A stretch of DNA of 57,410 nucleotides, the filler included, from Basidiobolus meristosporus CBS 931.73 (lineage: Eukaryota > Fungi > Basidiobolomycota): NCBI GenBank assembly GCA_002104905.1. It is 3 parts of 3 records of this genome, joined end to end, with 100 filler letters (N's around TTAATTAATTAA, not from the genome) between each part and the next. Parts side by side here need not be neighbours in the genome. Positions count along the whole stretch, not along the records: positions 1 to 22,359 come from MCFE01000978.1; 2 more parts are not named here. One strand, 5' to 3'. Each line of letters opens with the position of its first letter. Position 1 is the first letter of the stretch. Made by a program: the position numbers and the translations under genes. Positions 1 to 12,329 of the stretch are shown in pieces. The notes under the pieces were generated by a model that made no database searches, was not told the DNA's origin, and saw only the letters and a list, made by a program, of their open reading frames with translations.

Positions 1-379
1 CTCAGTTAGTCCAGTGTCTTAGCATTTATTAACTCAACTTGATTAAAAAAGTATAAATAAAGCTTACTGAGCCTTTTGGCTTTGTGTGTGTCTCAACAAA
101 ATTAAGATTGTGTCTTAGCAAATTAAGAACTGTACAATCATGTTCTTGTTTCTACCCAAGCCTACCATACTTAACACTCCCAAAAGCACAAAGCCCAGCC
201 TGCATAGCAAACCAGCTCCATTGCCTTTTGTTGCCAAACCCAGCTATACTCAAGACCAATATTAGACCAGAACCAATTTGCTAATATTTCCACAACTTTC
301 TGACAATTCTAAGATCCTGCATTTGGTTGTCACTTAGGCTCAGTTAGACAATTCAGGGGTTGTATAAAACTTTTCTCTT

Positions 380-2070
380 GGATACAACAAGTACCCAAGG
401 TAGTTGTTGGTAAGCAAATAAAGATTAATCCATTATGGCTGAAGAGATGCACCATTACAGCACTGATGCAATCATGCTCTTGTGATTTGTAGGAATGACC
501 TCCTTTGAAATTGGACCCTCCTGAAGGGCCACCTGATTGGTAAATATGGCTAGAAGCAAGTCATCAATACACCTTGATATTTGGAGAACTTTGCATATAG
601 CAAATTTGGGCCACTATCATAGAAAGAATCCCCAAGTGGCCTTGGAGCAAGTTGGAGAGCCACCAAAAGCCCCAGGAGTTATCACTGACCTCACTTTATT
701 TGCTTATCTTCTCAGAGCACTGCTACAGGACCTTAGACTTGTTCCATCATTCCAGCTGATCATAGTGCCCAATAGTGCCATAGCATGCCAGATGGTGCCT
801 GATCATGCCACAGAGTGCCAGATGGTGCCATACAGTGCCAATTTGGGATCAAAATTGGCATGCATATGACCCTAAAATATCAAATTAATAACAAAATATA
901 TAGCACTTTCTGGCACTATGATCAATGGCACAATGGAACAAGTCTCTTGTGTTGGAAAATGATTCTACTGTGAGAGCTTCTTTTCTATTGGCTAAAAGAT
1001 TCTACTTGCTACTGAAACAACCTCATCAGAAAGCTACTTTCAAGTGCAGCACAAAACCAAGATAGTTAAGATTTACCTCATTTAAGTAAGCAAACCCTCA
1101 ATCTCAGGAGCTGGCACAACAACTAGAGAAGCTTTCCTTGCTGTGGGACAGCCAAGCATATGGGCAGAAACCAGTAGAGAAAGAAGTCAAGTATACATTC
1201 ATATGGTATGACACTACCAATTGTTCCAAGCAAAACTGCCAAGCACTTCAGTCCTTATTATCTAAAGGTGCTGTCCCATAAAGCCCTCAGGGATATCCAA
1301 CCAGTAAGCATGGCAGCACACTATCTACAACATATGACTAAGGAGGATTGAGAGTTTTCTACAAGCAAGTTACCTCTCACAAAGGAAAGATTTACATCTA
1401 CATAGAAGAAAATTCTGACTACTTTGATCCAGCTGAAGTCCTGAACATTGAATATGAGGAATCCACAAAGACCTTTGGAGATGCTTGGAGCACCTAAGAA
1501 GCTCATGAAGCAGGAGCTTTTACCAAAGCTATATAGTGATAGAGACACTAGCAGTTTAGACCCAAAGGTTATTGCACCCTTTAGACACCTCACACACCCT
1601 GAGTTGTGTAGCTTCTCCCAGCTGTACTTCTATATCACCACACCAGCATTTCAATGGACTCATTGCAGGATCCTGAAGGCAGATCAGGATTGAATCCTCC
1701 CACAGGACCAAATTATCTTTCTTAATGTTTAGGGCTAATACTTGAATATGGTGCCACATAGCACCAGTGGACCATGATAGTGGCATGTGTTTTTGTGATG
1801 TGATATAAGCTACAGAAACTGGATTTAGAGAGCCATGGGTATTGAGTACCAGATGCATGTCCTCAATCCTTTTGTGCTCTTACACATCCTGCACAACATT
1901 GACCTAAAAAAAGGTCAAAAAATGGATTTTCTTCAGCATGATGGGTGAAACACAGGGGTGGCTTTGCATGAAGATGAAGAGCTATGTTTCACACTCTGTG
2001 GTCAAGTTTAGGTCTGCTATGCCTCTCTGGCACTCATGGATCAATGTGGCACTATTCAATGGAGCAAGTC
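380..2070 (+). mobile_element. Degenerate Ty3/gypsy gag-region remnant (interrupted by a MITE)
   Basis: Broken-frame peptides align in order with the near-intact gypsy ORF at 42368-46069: MAEEMHHYSTD vs MAEDFPYYCTD; ELAQQLEKLSL...FIWYDTTNCSKQNCQALQSLLSKGAV vs QLAEQLQKLAL...CIWCDSTQHARQECSELSQLLREGAV; GGLRVFYK vs GGMRALFQK. Bases 1-321 may be its 5' LTR (ends ...CTGCA, followed by TTTGGTTGTCAC), but this is unverified. Confidence 0.65.
735..945. mobile_element. 211-bp MITE, PIF/Harbinger(Tourist)-like
   Basis: Imperfect TIRs of about 35-45 bp: AGACTTGTTCCAT...TGATCATAGTGCC (735-769) and its reverse complement (912-945). 3-bp TSD CTT at 732-734 and 946-948. Internal GTGCCA repeats. Removing it restores the gypsy gag frame. 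Confidence 0.75.
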
Positions 2071-4691
2071 TACTATATACCCATATATGCTTTGATGTTC
2101 TGCACTTGGTCTGTATCCATACCATGCTTCAAATGGAGTAGAATCACAAATTGCTTTGTTTTAACTCTTATTTTGGATTTATACAGCTATAGCAACTGAA
2201 TCTGCTCAAAAATCATAAGATATTTTAATCACAGATCATAGATCTTTCCATATCATTTATCAAAATGTCTGCATGTACTGCTACTCCATCTTGTTGTGGG
2301 GAGTATGGTGCAGTAGTCACTTGCTCTATCCCATAAATTTTGCAGAGGAGGATGAAGAATTTGAGGTATAATCTCCTCCATTGTCAGAATGTATCTTCTT
2401 GATTTTTTCACCAGTTTCTCTCCCCACCATGGCTTTAAGCTCCCTGAGCTTAGACAGAGCTTTGTTTGCTCTTGCCATGAAGTAGACCTACAGATTTCCT
2501 CTGTAATCATCAATATTATTGATTAAATACTTCATCCTGCCTAGGATACGTTTTGCATTGGTCCACACATATCTGTGTAAATTAGAACTAGTTTGTTCTT
2601 GGTTTTGACTAACCCAGAGCTCTTGAACAGTTTTCTGGCTTGTTTCCCATATATGCAGGTTTCACAATTCTCCAAATTAACTGGGGGATCAATTTTACCC
2701 CAGAAATTAGCTGATCTTTCATCATTTTGCACAAATAATCACAGTTGATGTGTCAAAATCTCCTGTGCCAATGCATTAGTGTTTCTTCATTCTAGATGCC
2801 TGTATTGGCTTCCTGATATCACAGAATATAATTTGACTTGTATAGATTCTGATCTCTTTTTCTCAGAGCAATATGAGCACCATTTTAATCAGTGATCCTG
2901 CATCAAGAATTGTCAAAGCTGAAACTGAGTCCATCTGCAGTGACCTTGCTTACTGACTGTAGGTTCTGGGCTCTTTCTGGTATGTAGGGTACTTTTCTGA
3001 TGGTCAGTGTATGGCTTCCTTGACTGCTTCTAAGGTTTACTTGGATAGTTCCTTCTCCCATTCATCAAGTATTCTATTATCACCCATGAAAACCTTTTTA
3101 ATTGGAATTTCTTGATATAGGGTAAGAGTACTTTTTGGTGTGTAAGGTGTTGAGATGCTCTAGAGTCAATGTATTTTACCTGCAAATTCTTGTTAGTGGT
3201 GACATTTAGTGCATACATTATTAGTTGCTTGTCAGCTGTTGCAGCATCCCCATATTCAGGCCTTTTCTGCTGAGTATCTCTCTTTTTGGAGTATTGGTCT
3301 AATGTGGGTCCTCTGCTTTTGCTGTAGTTGCAAAGCATGTTGCTATTTTTTTAAAGAGTCTTGAGTATTTCCTCTGTTGGTAATCATTTCTTATTGAAGT
3401 ATTTCTTCTTCCTTCTTACTAGGGCTTGATTTTGTTAATTCTTCATCCAGGAGCCTTCCATATATATAATTTAAGATTAAATCTGCAGCTCTGGACTCTA
3501 AGACTGATACAAGGCCCTGAAACCTATCAGTCAGGCCATTCAGGGTGTTAACAATCACATCCTTATTAGTAGTTGGTATATCCACAGATTCATTTCATCT
3601 ACCAGCAGGGTAATTCTGCTAATTAGATTTTTCATTTCTTCTCCTATCAGAGTCTTTGTAGTAAAGAATTTTTGTCTAGAATACATTTTCTTAGCATCTG
3701 AACATGACTGGTAGGTGTGTTTTAATGTCTTCCAGGCATTCTTTGCAGTTCTTGCTCTTGGGCATTGAAATAGCAATTTGTCTTTGACATTAAGGCAGAT
3801 GTAGTTGAGGGCACTTTGCTCTTTCTTTGGGCACCTTAAGGCTTCCTCTCCCACATCTTTAGGAGAGTATTGTGTGAGTACTAAATGTGGTACCCACTCT
3901 TTGCCCAAGGGTTCTCCCCAGAGTCCTACCCAAAGTTCCCCAGTTTCCTCCCTATGATTCCCCCATGTGTCCTCCCTCCTATCCCTCCCCTTATCTAGTT
4001 AGAACACTTACCATGACAGGAAGGGGTTCACACCCCTATTTTATAGTACATTGTCTATTATCTAAGCCCCCCCAAGTGTTATATATATATATATCCAATT
4101 AAACCAGGTGGGAGGACCGGGAGATTTGGACGGAACAAACAAAGGTCTTTATTACCTTGCTACCTTCTATTGGAAGCTATTCTGAGCCAAGTGGTACTGA
4201 CTTGACCTACAAGCTCTCCCACTACAAAGTACAGTAAGTAATAACCCACATATTCTTCTCCCATGACAATATCCCAAAGACTGCTTTCTTGTAGCAGCGT
4301 CTTCATCTTCACCTTCCACACTTGATAGCTACATCCATCCAACTTTTCAATGGAGGGAAAAATTGGAGTAATCACAATAGTGGACTTTGCAAAGAGTGAC
4401 AGCTTAGGGCTCATAGCCTGTTACACAAGTCTTGGTGATATTGGAAGTGCTTGCAAGAACAAGTAGATTATGTGGTTTTCACTTAATCATTGATTGAATG
4501 TAAAAGTAGTATTTATACTTTTGCATGGTTTTGACAGAATAAGCATGTAAAATAAGTTTAGGAAGGTCTCAAAAATATGTGTGCAAGGTTTAAGGCTATT
4601 TGGACAACTTTGCAAATTTCATGCTCTGAGTACCTGATATTTTGGCAAAAATATTCAAAGTAAATCCCACAAGAAATTCAGTCAGTATTCT
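2070..4691 (-). mobile_element. Ty1/copia family A, degenerate 5' half (partial 5' LTR 4419-4691, PBS 4406-4418, gag-PR-INT)
   Basis: Colinear with the full-length copy at 51193-55809. Gag start MSPKLSL, integrase fragments (CETCIYGKQ, TDMCGPM), many stops and frameshifts. The LTR is cut at about 4691 by CACTA sequence. Confidence 0.9.
3873..4250. mobile_element. Solo LTR of about 378 bp from an unrelated family, nested in copia gag
   Basis: TGTGAGT...ACCCACA termini with flanks TATTG/TATTC (4 of 5 match). The copia sequence AGGAGAGTATT|CTTCTCCCATG resumes exactly on the far side. Confidence 0.7.
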
Positions 4692-6135
4692 TAAAGTCTT
4701 GTAAGGGAGAAATCAGCTGAATAAGTAAGATAGTCAAGATACTTAATAATGCATAATATATTCATACACAAAGACAACCACTGAGAGAAATGTGTCTGGA
4801 GCATTATGCAGAGTGAATAAAACAATAAACCACTATTCTGAGCAATATAAGTAAGATTGTGCAAAAATGCCAGTAACAGTATTCTCCCAATGACATTATG
4901 GTAGATATTGTAGTGCAGGATAGTGCGTTGGGATGCCAGATGGAGCCAATACAGTAAACTGGTTGGCACTATGTGGAACTATCTTATGGGACAAGTCCAA
5001 TATGTTCTAGCAAAAGCTTCACACTGGGAGCAATGCACTTGCTCTGCAGCATATGTCAGTACCAGTGAGCAAGCTGTACAAGGGGTGTCTCAAGCTAAAC
5101 AGGTACCTGAGATACCAGAGAAATCTGAAAGAATTGGCAATATACTACAGAGTATTGTCTACCCAAAGTACTTTGCACAAGATAAAATCAATAATCATAC
5201 ACATATGCAACAATACAAATGCAGCAACTGGGTGAGCTGGATATGTCTCTTTTCAGGTGGTCTTCTAATTCTAATTCTACCTAGAGTACATTATGAGCAT
5301 TGAGAGTTCTATGTTGATATTGTAGGAGCATTTATCCAGTAGCAGATCACCAATGCCAATTTTGCACATCTACAGCTTTTGTGCAAGGATCTTTTGACAA
5401 GACTTAAGTAGCTATATTACAAGATAAAAGCTAAATATATAGATATCTACCACCAATGACTCCATTCTCTTTTCCATCTTGCTTAGTATGTGGATAACAT
5501 AGGACCTTTCTTCACCTGTTGGTAGTTTTGTATAGTGCAGATGTGTGAGCAGATAGGAAGGCAAGTTAAGCTGGTAGTACTGTCACATCCCAATCTTGTC
5601 AAGAATATTATCTTCAAATCTGTCATGGATGTGATTTGGCATCACACGGCAGGCATTCTGGAAGCGATGGAAAGTGTAGAGCACAGATGTGCACATGGTC
5701 ATACCTTTGGCCTTATGAAGTTAAGCAGCCCCAATGCAGGGGTAAATAGCTGAATATGTTAGGTTAGGCTGGATGCATCATATGACCAATTTCTCCTGGG
5801 AAAATATCAGAAAAAATATCAAATATCTTTTGGGTACAAGCCATTAACTGAACCTTCCAATAAAACACTTACACAAAAAGGAACTGAAGCATACCTGCAA
5901 AAGAGACCATAGTTCAGCAGGGAGAAGGAATGTACTGGCCAAGTACTAAAAAGTACCTTGTGGATATTCTAGAGGTACTCCCGGCAAAGTGGTGACAATT
6001 AAGCATATGTTTGCCAGATGTGTATGTTACCAGCAATTCAGCATTTATGGTAACCTTGCAAGTGACACATGGAAAAGCTATAAAGTTGTAGTGACAGAAG
6101 TGTGTCAATTGCAGCAGGTATTTATGTAAGCAAAG
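4692..6135 (+). mobile_element. CACTA/En-Spm (Tnp2-type) transposase remnant
   Basis: SFTLGAMHLL, ERIGNILQSIVYPKYF, HMQQYKCSNWVSWICLFS and EQIGRQVK segments match the copies at 37.4-39.8 kb and 49-51 kb. Multiple stops. Confidence 0.8.
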
Positions 6136-6274
6136 ATTAAGTAGTAGGAGACCTAGATTTTGGTACTCAAGCTCCCATGAGAAATAATTGTGATAATCCT
6201 GTCAGAAGGCCTTCACATAGTTTGAATCCTGCAACTAAAAGGTCTTGATGCTGCTATGACACAATACTTCACTT

Positions 6275-7071
6275 TAATAGCTCCTTCTCCCACTACATCA
6301 AGTGATCTATTGTCACTCATGAGAACCCTCAAAGCTGGAATTTCTTAATACTAAGTAAAAGTTCTTTTTGGTAGGTAAAGTGGTGAGATGTTCCAGAGTC
6401 CACATGGTGTGCTTGAGAATCCTTGTTGTTAGTTGTATTTAGTGTAGATATGAAGAGTCTATCTTCAGCTGTTACAACATTTCCTTATTCAAGCTTATTG
6501 GGCTGAATATTAATCTTTTTGCGGCACTAGTTTTATGTGATTCCTTTCCACTTGCTGTAGATGCAAATCAGTTTGCTCTTGCCTTTAAAGCATCTTGAGT
6601 AACTCCTTAATTGGGTTTCATTGTTTATTGGAGAATCTTCTTCCCATTTATTGGCACTTGATTTTCTAAATTCTTTATCCAGGAGCCTTCCATATATGTA
6701 ATTTAAGGTCAACCTTCACTTCTGAGCACTAGGGCTGATACAAGGGACTGAAACCTATCTGTAAGGCTGTTCAGGATGGTAACTAGCACTTCTGCGCAAG
6801 TTGTTGATATATTCATGGATTCAATTGCATCAACCAACAAGGTGATTCTGATAGTTACTTTTTCTGTTCTCCTCCCAACATCATCCTTGTAGTGAAGAAT
6901 TTTTGTCTAAGATACATTTTCTTTGCAGCTTAATAATACTGGTAGATGTCTACTAATGCCTTCCAGGCATTCTTTGCTGTTTTTGCTCTTGAGCATTGAA
7001 TTAGTAATTTGGCTTTAACATTAAGGCAAATGCAGTTAATGGCACTTGGTTCTTTCCTCTGGTACTTTAAG
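6275..7071 (-). mobile_element. Diverged Ty1/copia gag-protease fragment
   Basis: Roughly 75% similar by eye to family A gag (LKYQRKE...NLITLLVDAIESM...GRLLDKE...VDSGTSHH...GEGAIKV). Confidence 0.75.
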
Positions 7072-10000
7072 CAACGTACACTGACCATCAAAAAGTACTC
7101 TACATACCAGAAATAGCCAGGAACCTACAGTCAGTAAGCAAGGTCACTGCAGATGGACTCAGTTTCAGCTTTGATAATTCTGGATGCAGGATCACTGATT
7201 AATTGGTGCTGATATTGCTTTAGGTATCAGAGATCAGAATCTATACAAGTTGACTTGTATTCCATAATATTTGGAAGCCAATATTAGTAACTTAAATGAA
7301 GAAACACCAATGCTTTGGCACAGGAGATTTGAGCACATCAATTTTGATTATTTGCGCAAAATGATAAAAGATTAGCTAATTTCTGGAGTAAAAATTGATC
7401 TCCCAGCTAATTTGGAGCACTGTGAAGTCTGCATATATGGGAAACAAGCCAGACAACTGTTCAAGAGCTTTGGGTTGATCAAAACTAAGCAAAAATTAGA
7501 TCTAATGCACTCAGATCTGTGTGGGCCTATGCAAAATTTATTCCTTAGGCAGGATGAAGTATTCAATCACTTTTATTGATGATTATACAAGATACACATG
7601 GGCCTACTTCATGGAGAGAAAAGAAGAAACTCTGTCTAAGTTCAGGGAGCTTAAAGTCATGGTGGAGAGAGAAACTGGTGAAAAAATCAAGGAAATACGT
7701 TCTGACAATGGTGGAGAATTTACAACAAAACTCTTCATCCACTTCTGCAAAATTGATGGGGTAAACAAGGGACTACTGTACCATACTCCCCACAGCAATA
7801 TGGAGTAGCGGAATGTGCTAACAGATCAATAATTGACATGGCAAGATCTATGATCCATGATCAAAAATTATCCTATGATTTTTGGGCGGAATCAGTTGCC
7901 ACTGCTGTATATCTTAAAAATAGGAGTTATAGCAGAATACATTGTGATTCTACTTCTTTTGAAGCATGTTATGGATGCAGCTCAAGTGCAGAACATCTAA
8001 GAATATTTGGGTGTACAGCATATGCCAAGAAACTGCCCAGAAATCAGTCAAAATTTGAGCCAAAAAGTTTAAAATGCATATTTTTGGGCTACTGCAACAA
8101 GAGTAAAGCATACAGACTCTGCAATACCAAAGCAAAGAAGCTAGTCAAGTCCAGGGATGTGTTGCATTATGAGAATTCAAGATTTTCACAAAAAATAACA
8201 TCAGGTGATGACAAGAATCTGATCCCAAGTTCACCAATTGTTGGGATTGAATCAGTGCAAAACAATGAAAACTTTCTCACTCCAGAGGACTCTACAGCCA
8301 TGGTTCAGCCAGAATCAGTGCTCAGGAATATCCCAGAAGTGATCATTCCAGTTTCAAATGCCTGGAGATCCAATTGGACAAGAAATAGCCCAAATTACTA
8401 TGTTAATGAGGGTACAAACTTAGCCTATGCCTATTCAGTCCATATTGATGAACCCCAGACTGTAAAAGAGGCCCTAAATAGCCCTCAGACAAAGCTTTGG
8501 ACATCTGCAATGACTGAGGAATATCAGGCCCTAATGGAAAATCAAACTTGGGACTTAGTCAAATTACCAATCAACCAAAAATTAATTGGATGCAGACAGG
8601 CCTTCAAGACAAAATACAAGGCTGATGGTACAACTGAAAGATACAAAGCAAGACTTGTGGCAAAGGATACTCTCAAACAAAAGGACTTTACTATACTGAG
8701 ACCTTTGCACCGGTAGCCAAGTTTAATTCCATCAGATTAATATTGGCTATTGCAGCCAAATATAAGTTTTTTATTCATCAAATGGATATAAAAGCTGCAT
8801 TTTTGAGTGGAGAACTTGCTCAGGATGTGTATATGGACCAGCCTGATGGGTTTGCTGACCAACATAACCCCCATTTGGTCTGCATGCTTAAAAAGTCACT
8901 TTATGATCTCATACAATCACTGAGAGCCTGGAATTGCAAGATAGATTCTTATTTGGAATTTTTGGGTTTCAGAAGGAGTAATGCTGACTAAAGTATATAC
9001 TATAAGCCAGATAGAGCAAGTCCAGTTCTATTAGCTCTATATGTGGATGATCTCATTATAGCCACCAATAACCTAGAAACATTGAAAGAGACTAAATCCA
9101 GCCTATATTAGGAGTTCAAGATGTCCAATCTAGGAGAACTCAGTTACTACTTAAAGATTAAGTTCTCCATAGACAGAAGTACCCAGACCATTACCCTAAG
9201 TCAATCCAAGTATATTCAAGATATACTAAAGAAATACAAAATGGAAGACTGTAAACCAGCAGCTACCCCAATAGAGCAAACCTTAACTTGGTCAAAACTC
9301 AACCAAATCAAGAGAGCATGGTGCCATCTGAAAGCCCTAACTTTCCTTATCAATCTATGATTGGCAGTCTGATGTATATCATGCTTGGAACACATCCAGA
9401 TATCTCATATTCAGTGGGAGTTGTCAGCCAACATAATCAGAACTATGGATCTGATCATATTGCAGCAGTTAAGCGGATTTTTAGATACCTAAAATGAGCT
9501 GCTGATATCTGCTTAAGATAAAATTATAAGAATTCAGAACAGGATCTTATGGGATACTCTGATGCTGATTGGGGACAAAATTCAGAAGACAGAAGATCCA
9601 CCACAGGATACACCTTTCTTTACTGTAAAGGAGCAATTTCATGGAATTCAAGAGAGCAACCAACCATAGCACTTTCTACCACAGAGGCAGAGTATGTGGC
9701 AGCCTGTGAAGCTACAAAAGAAGCAATGTGGCTAAGAAAGCTTTTTACAGACTTAGGCCTTTGTCAAAAAATGAATATACTATATTTCAAGATAATCAAG
9801 GATGTATACAATTAGGTAGAAATCCAACTTTTCATGCTAGAACCAAGCACATAGATATTAGACATCATTTCATACATGAAGCTATAGAGAATAACCTAGT
9901 TAGCTTAGTTTACTGTCCTACAGATGAAATGATTGCAGACATATTTACCAAACCATTAGCTAGAGATAAGTTTGAATATATTAGGTCAAAATTAGGACTA

Positions 10001-10377
10001 GTCAGTATGAACATTTAGCTGAGTGGGAGTGTTGTAAAATTTGTAATTCCACCTAAATATTCACCTAACATAGTCACTTAGATCATTACCCTCAAATCCT
10101 AGAGAATACTGACCAAATTACTTGTTGGGATTTACTTAGAATATTTTCACCAAAATTCCAGGTACCCAGAACATGAAGATTCTCAGAGTTGTTCAAACAG
10201 CCCCAAACTTTGCGCACATGTTCTTGGGACCTTCCTTAATCTATTCTACATGTTTTTTATGCCAAGACTATGTAAAAGTATAAATACTACTTTTACATTC
10301 AATAAATCATTAAGTGAAAACCACATAATCTACTTGTTCTCCCAGTCACTTCCAATATCTCCAAGACTCTTACAGCA
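7072..10377 (+). mobile_element. Ty1/copia family A, 5'-truncated (PR-INT-RT-RH plus 3' LTR 10030-10377, PPT 10018-10029)
   Basis: Integrase (ITFIDDYTRYTW, IRSDNGGEF), RT (HQMDIKAAFL, LYVDDLII), RNase H (GYSDADW, TEAEYVA, KHIDIRHHF), PPT GCTGAGTGGGAG, LTR TGTTG...CAGCA. Stops and frameshifts present. Confidence 0.95.
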
Positions 10378-11954
10378 CAAATATGATGGAATATAAGTCA
10401 ACTTGCATAGATTCTCATCTCTGATACCAAAAGCAATATGGGCACCATTTTGATTAGTTATCTTGCATCCAGAATTGTCAAAGCTGAAACTGAGTCCTTC
10501 TGCTGTGGCCTTGCTTACAGATAGTAGGTTTGTGGCTATTTCTGGTACATAGAGTACTTCTTTGAAAGTCAGTATATGGCTTCCTTCACTGCTTCTTAGG
10601 TTTACTTGGATAGTTCCTTCTCCCACTACACCAAGTGTTCTATTGTCACCCATGAAAACCTTCTTAATTGGAATTTCTTGATATTGGGTAAAAAGTTCTT
10701 TTTGGTGTATAAAGTGTTGAGATGCTCCAGAGTCAGCATACCACATCTGAGAATCCTTGTTTGTGGTCATATTTAGTGCAGATATGAATAGTCTATCTTC
10801 AGTTGTTGCAGCATTTGCATATTCAGGCTTCTTTTGCTGATTATCTTTCTTTTTGAGACACTGGTCTGATGGGTGTCCTTTCCTTTTGCAGTAGTTGCAA
10901 AATAGGTTGCTGTTGCCTTTGTAGGGTCTTGGGTACCTCCTTTGTTGGTTATCATTGCATATTAAAGCATTTTCATCTTCCTTCTTATTGGCGCTTGATT
11001 TTCTTAATTCTTCATCCAGGAGTCTTCCATATATGTAATTTAAGGTCAAATCTTCACTTCTGAGAACTAGGGCTGATACAAGGCCCTGAAACGTGTCTGT
11101 CAGGCTATTCAGGATGGTGACTATCACATCCTCATCTGTGGTTGGTATACCCACAGATTCCATTTCATCTACCAGCAGGGTAATTCTGTTAATTAGATTT
11201 TTCATTTCTTCTCCTGGCAGCATCTTTGCAGTAAAGATTTTTTGTCTCAGATACATTTTGTTAGCAGCCAAACATGACTGGTAGTTGTCTTCTAATGCCT
11301 TCCAGGCATTCTTTGCTGTTTTTGCTCTTGAGCATTGAATCAGCAATTTGTCTATAACATTAAGGCAAATGCAGTTAAAGGCACTTTGTTCTTTCTTCTG
11401 GTACTTTAAGGCTTCCTCTCCCATGCTTTTAGGAGGGCATTCTTCTCCCATGACAATATCCCAAAGGCCTCTTTCTTGTAGCAGCATCTTCATCTTCACC
11501 TTTCACACTTGGTAGTTAGATCCATCCAACTTTTCAGCAAAGGGAAAAATTCCAGTAATAGCAGTAGTAGACATTGCAGAGAGTGACAGCTTGGGGCTCA
11601 TAACCCATTGTAAGAGTCTTGGAGATATTGGAAGTGATTGGGTGAGCAATTAGATTATGTGGTTTTCACTTAATGATTTATTGAATGTAAAAGTAGTATT
11701 TATACTTTTACATGGTCTTGGCATAACAAACATGTAGAATAGGTTACAAAAGGTCCCAAGAGCATGTGTGCTAAGTTTGGGGCTGTTTGGACAACTTAGA
11801 ATATTTTCACCAAAATACCTGGTACCCAGAACGTGAAAATTCTCAAAGTAAATCCCAACAAGGAATTTGGTCAGTATTCTCTAGGATTTGAAGGTAATGA
11901 TCTAAGTGACTAAGTTAGGTGAATATTTAGGTGGAAATACAAATTTTTACAACA
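10378..11954 (-). mobile_element. Ty1/copia family A, 5' part (5' LTR 11606-11954, PBS 11593-11605, open gag-PR), truncated by the + strand copy
   Basis: 389-aa ORF 10330-11499 with gag (UBN2-like), a CCHC zinc knuckle (CNYCKRKGHPSDQC) and protease WYADSGASQH. The homology stops exactly at the LTR end at 10377. Confidence 0.95.
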
Positions 11955-12329
11955 TTATGGAGCCTAGTGAACCCTGTTGTCCATTTACTAGCAAATGATG
12001 TGATGTAGTGGCTCAAGAACCAGTGTGTTTCCATCAATTTTAGTAATGTGGATTAAGGACTTATTACTACTTCTGTATAGAGACTTGTACAGGTCAGTAC
12101 AATTGGCAATTGACAACTGAAGATTCAATTTTTATAAACAAATTTGCATGCATGAAAAGTAAGAGCATTGGATGAGTCAGGAAGTAAGGAGTGTGAGAAA
12201 GAGGCAATAGCCAATCAATGTACACAAGTGTGGGAGGTGATTGAGTGTCCAGGATCAGAAAGTGAGAGAATTAGCAGTGCACCAATTACCAAAAATAAGT
12301 AAAGGCCACAGAGTACTTGATTTCCTAAT

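Noticed and set aside
760-842. GTGCCA / TGCCAGATGGTGCC repeats as a CRISPR-like array or satellite
   Set aside because: They are irregular, lack spacers and lie inside the MITE as internal repeats.
6275-7100. Internal inversion of gag within a single copia element
   Set aside because: The coding coordinates nearly fit, but the - strand piece is much more diverged from family A than the + strand piece, so these are two different elements.
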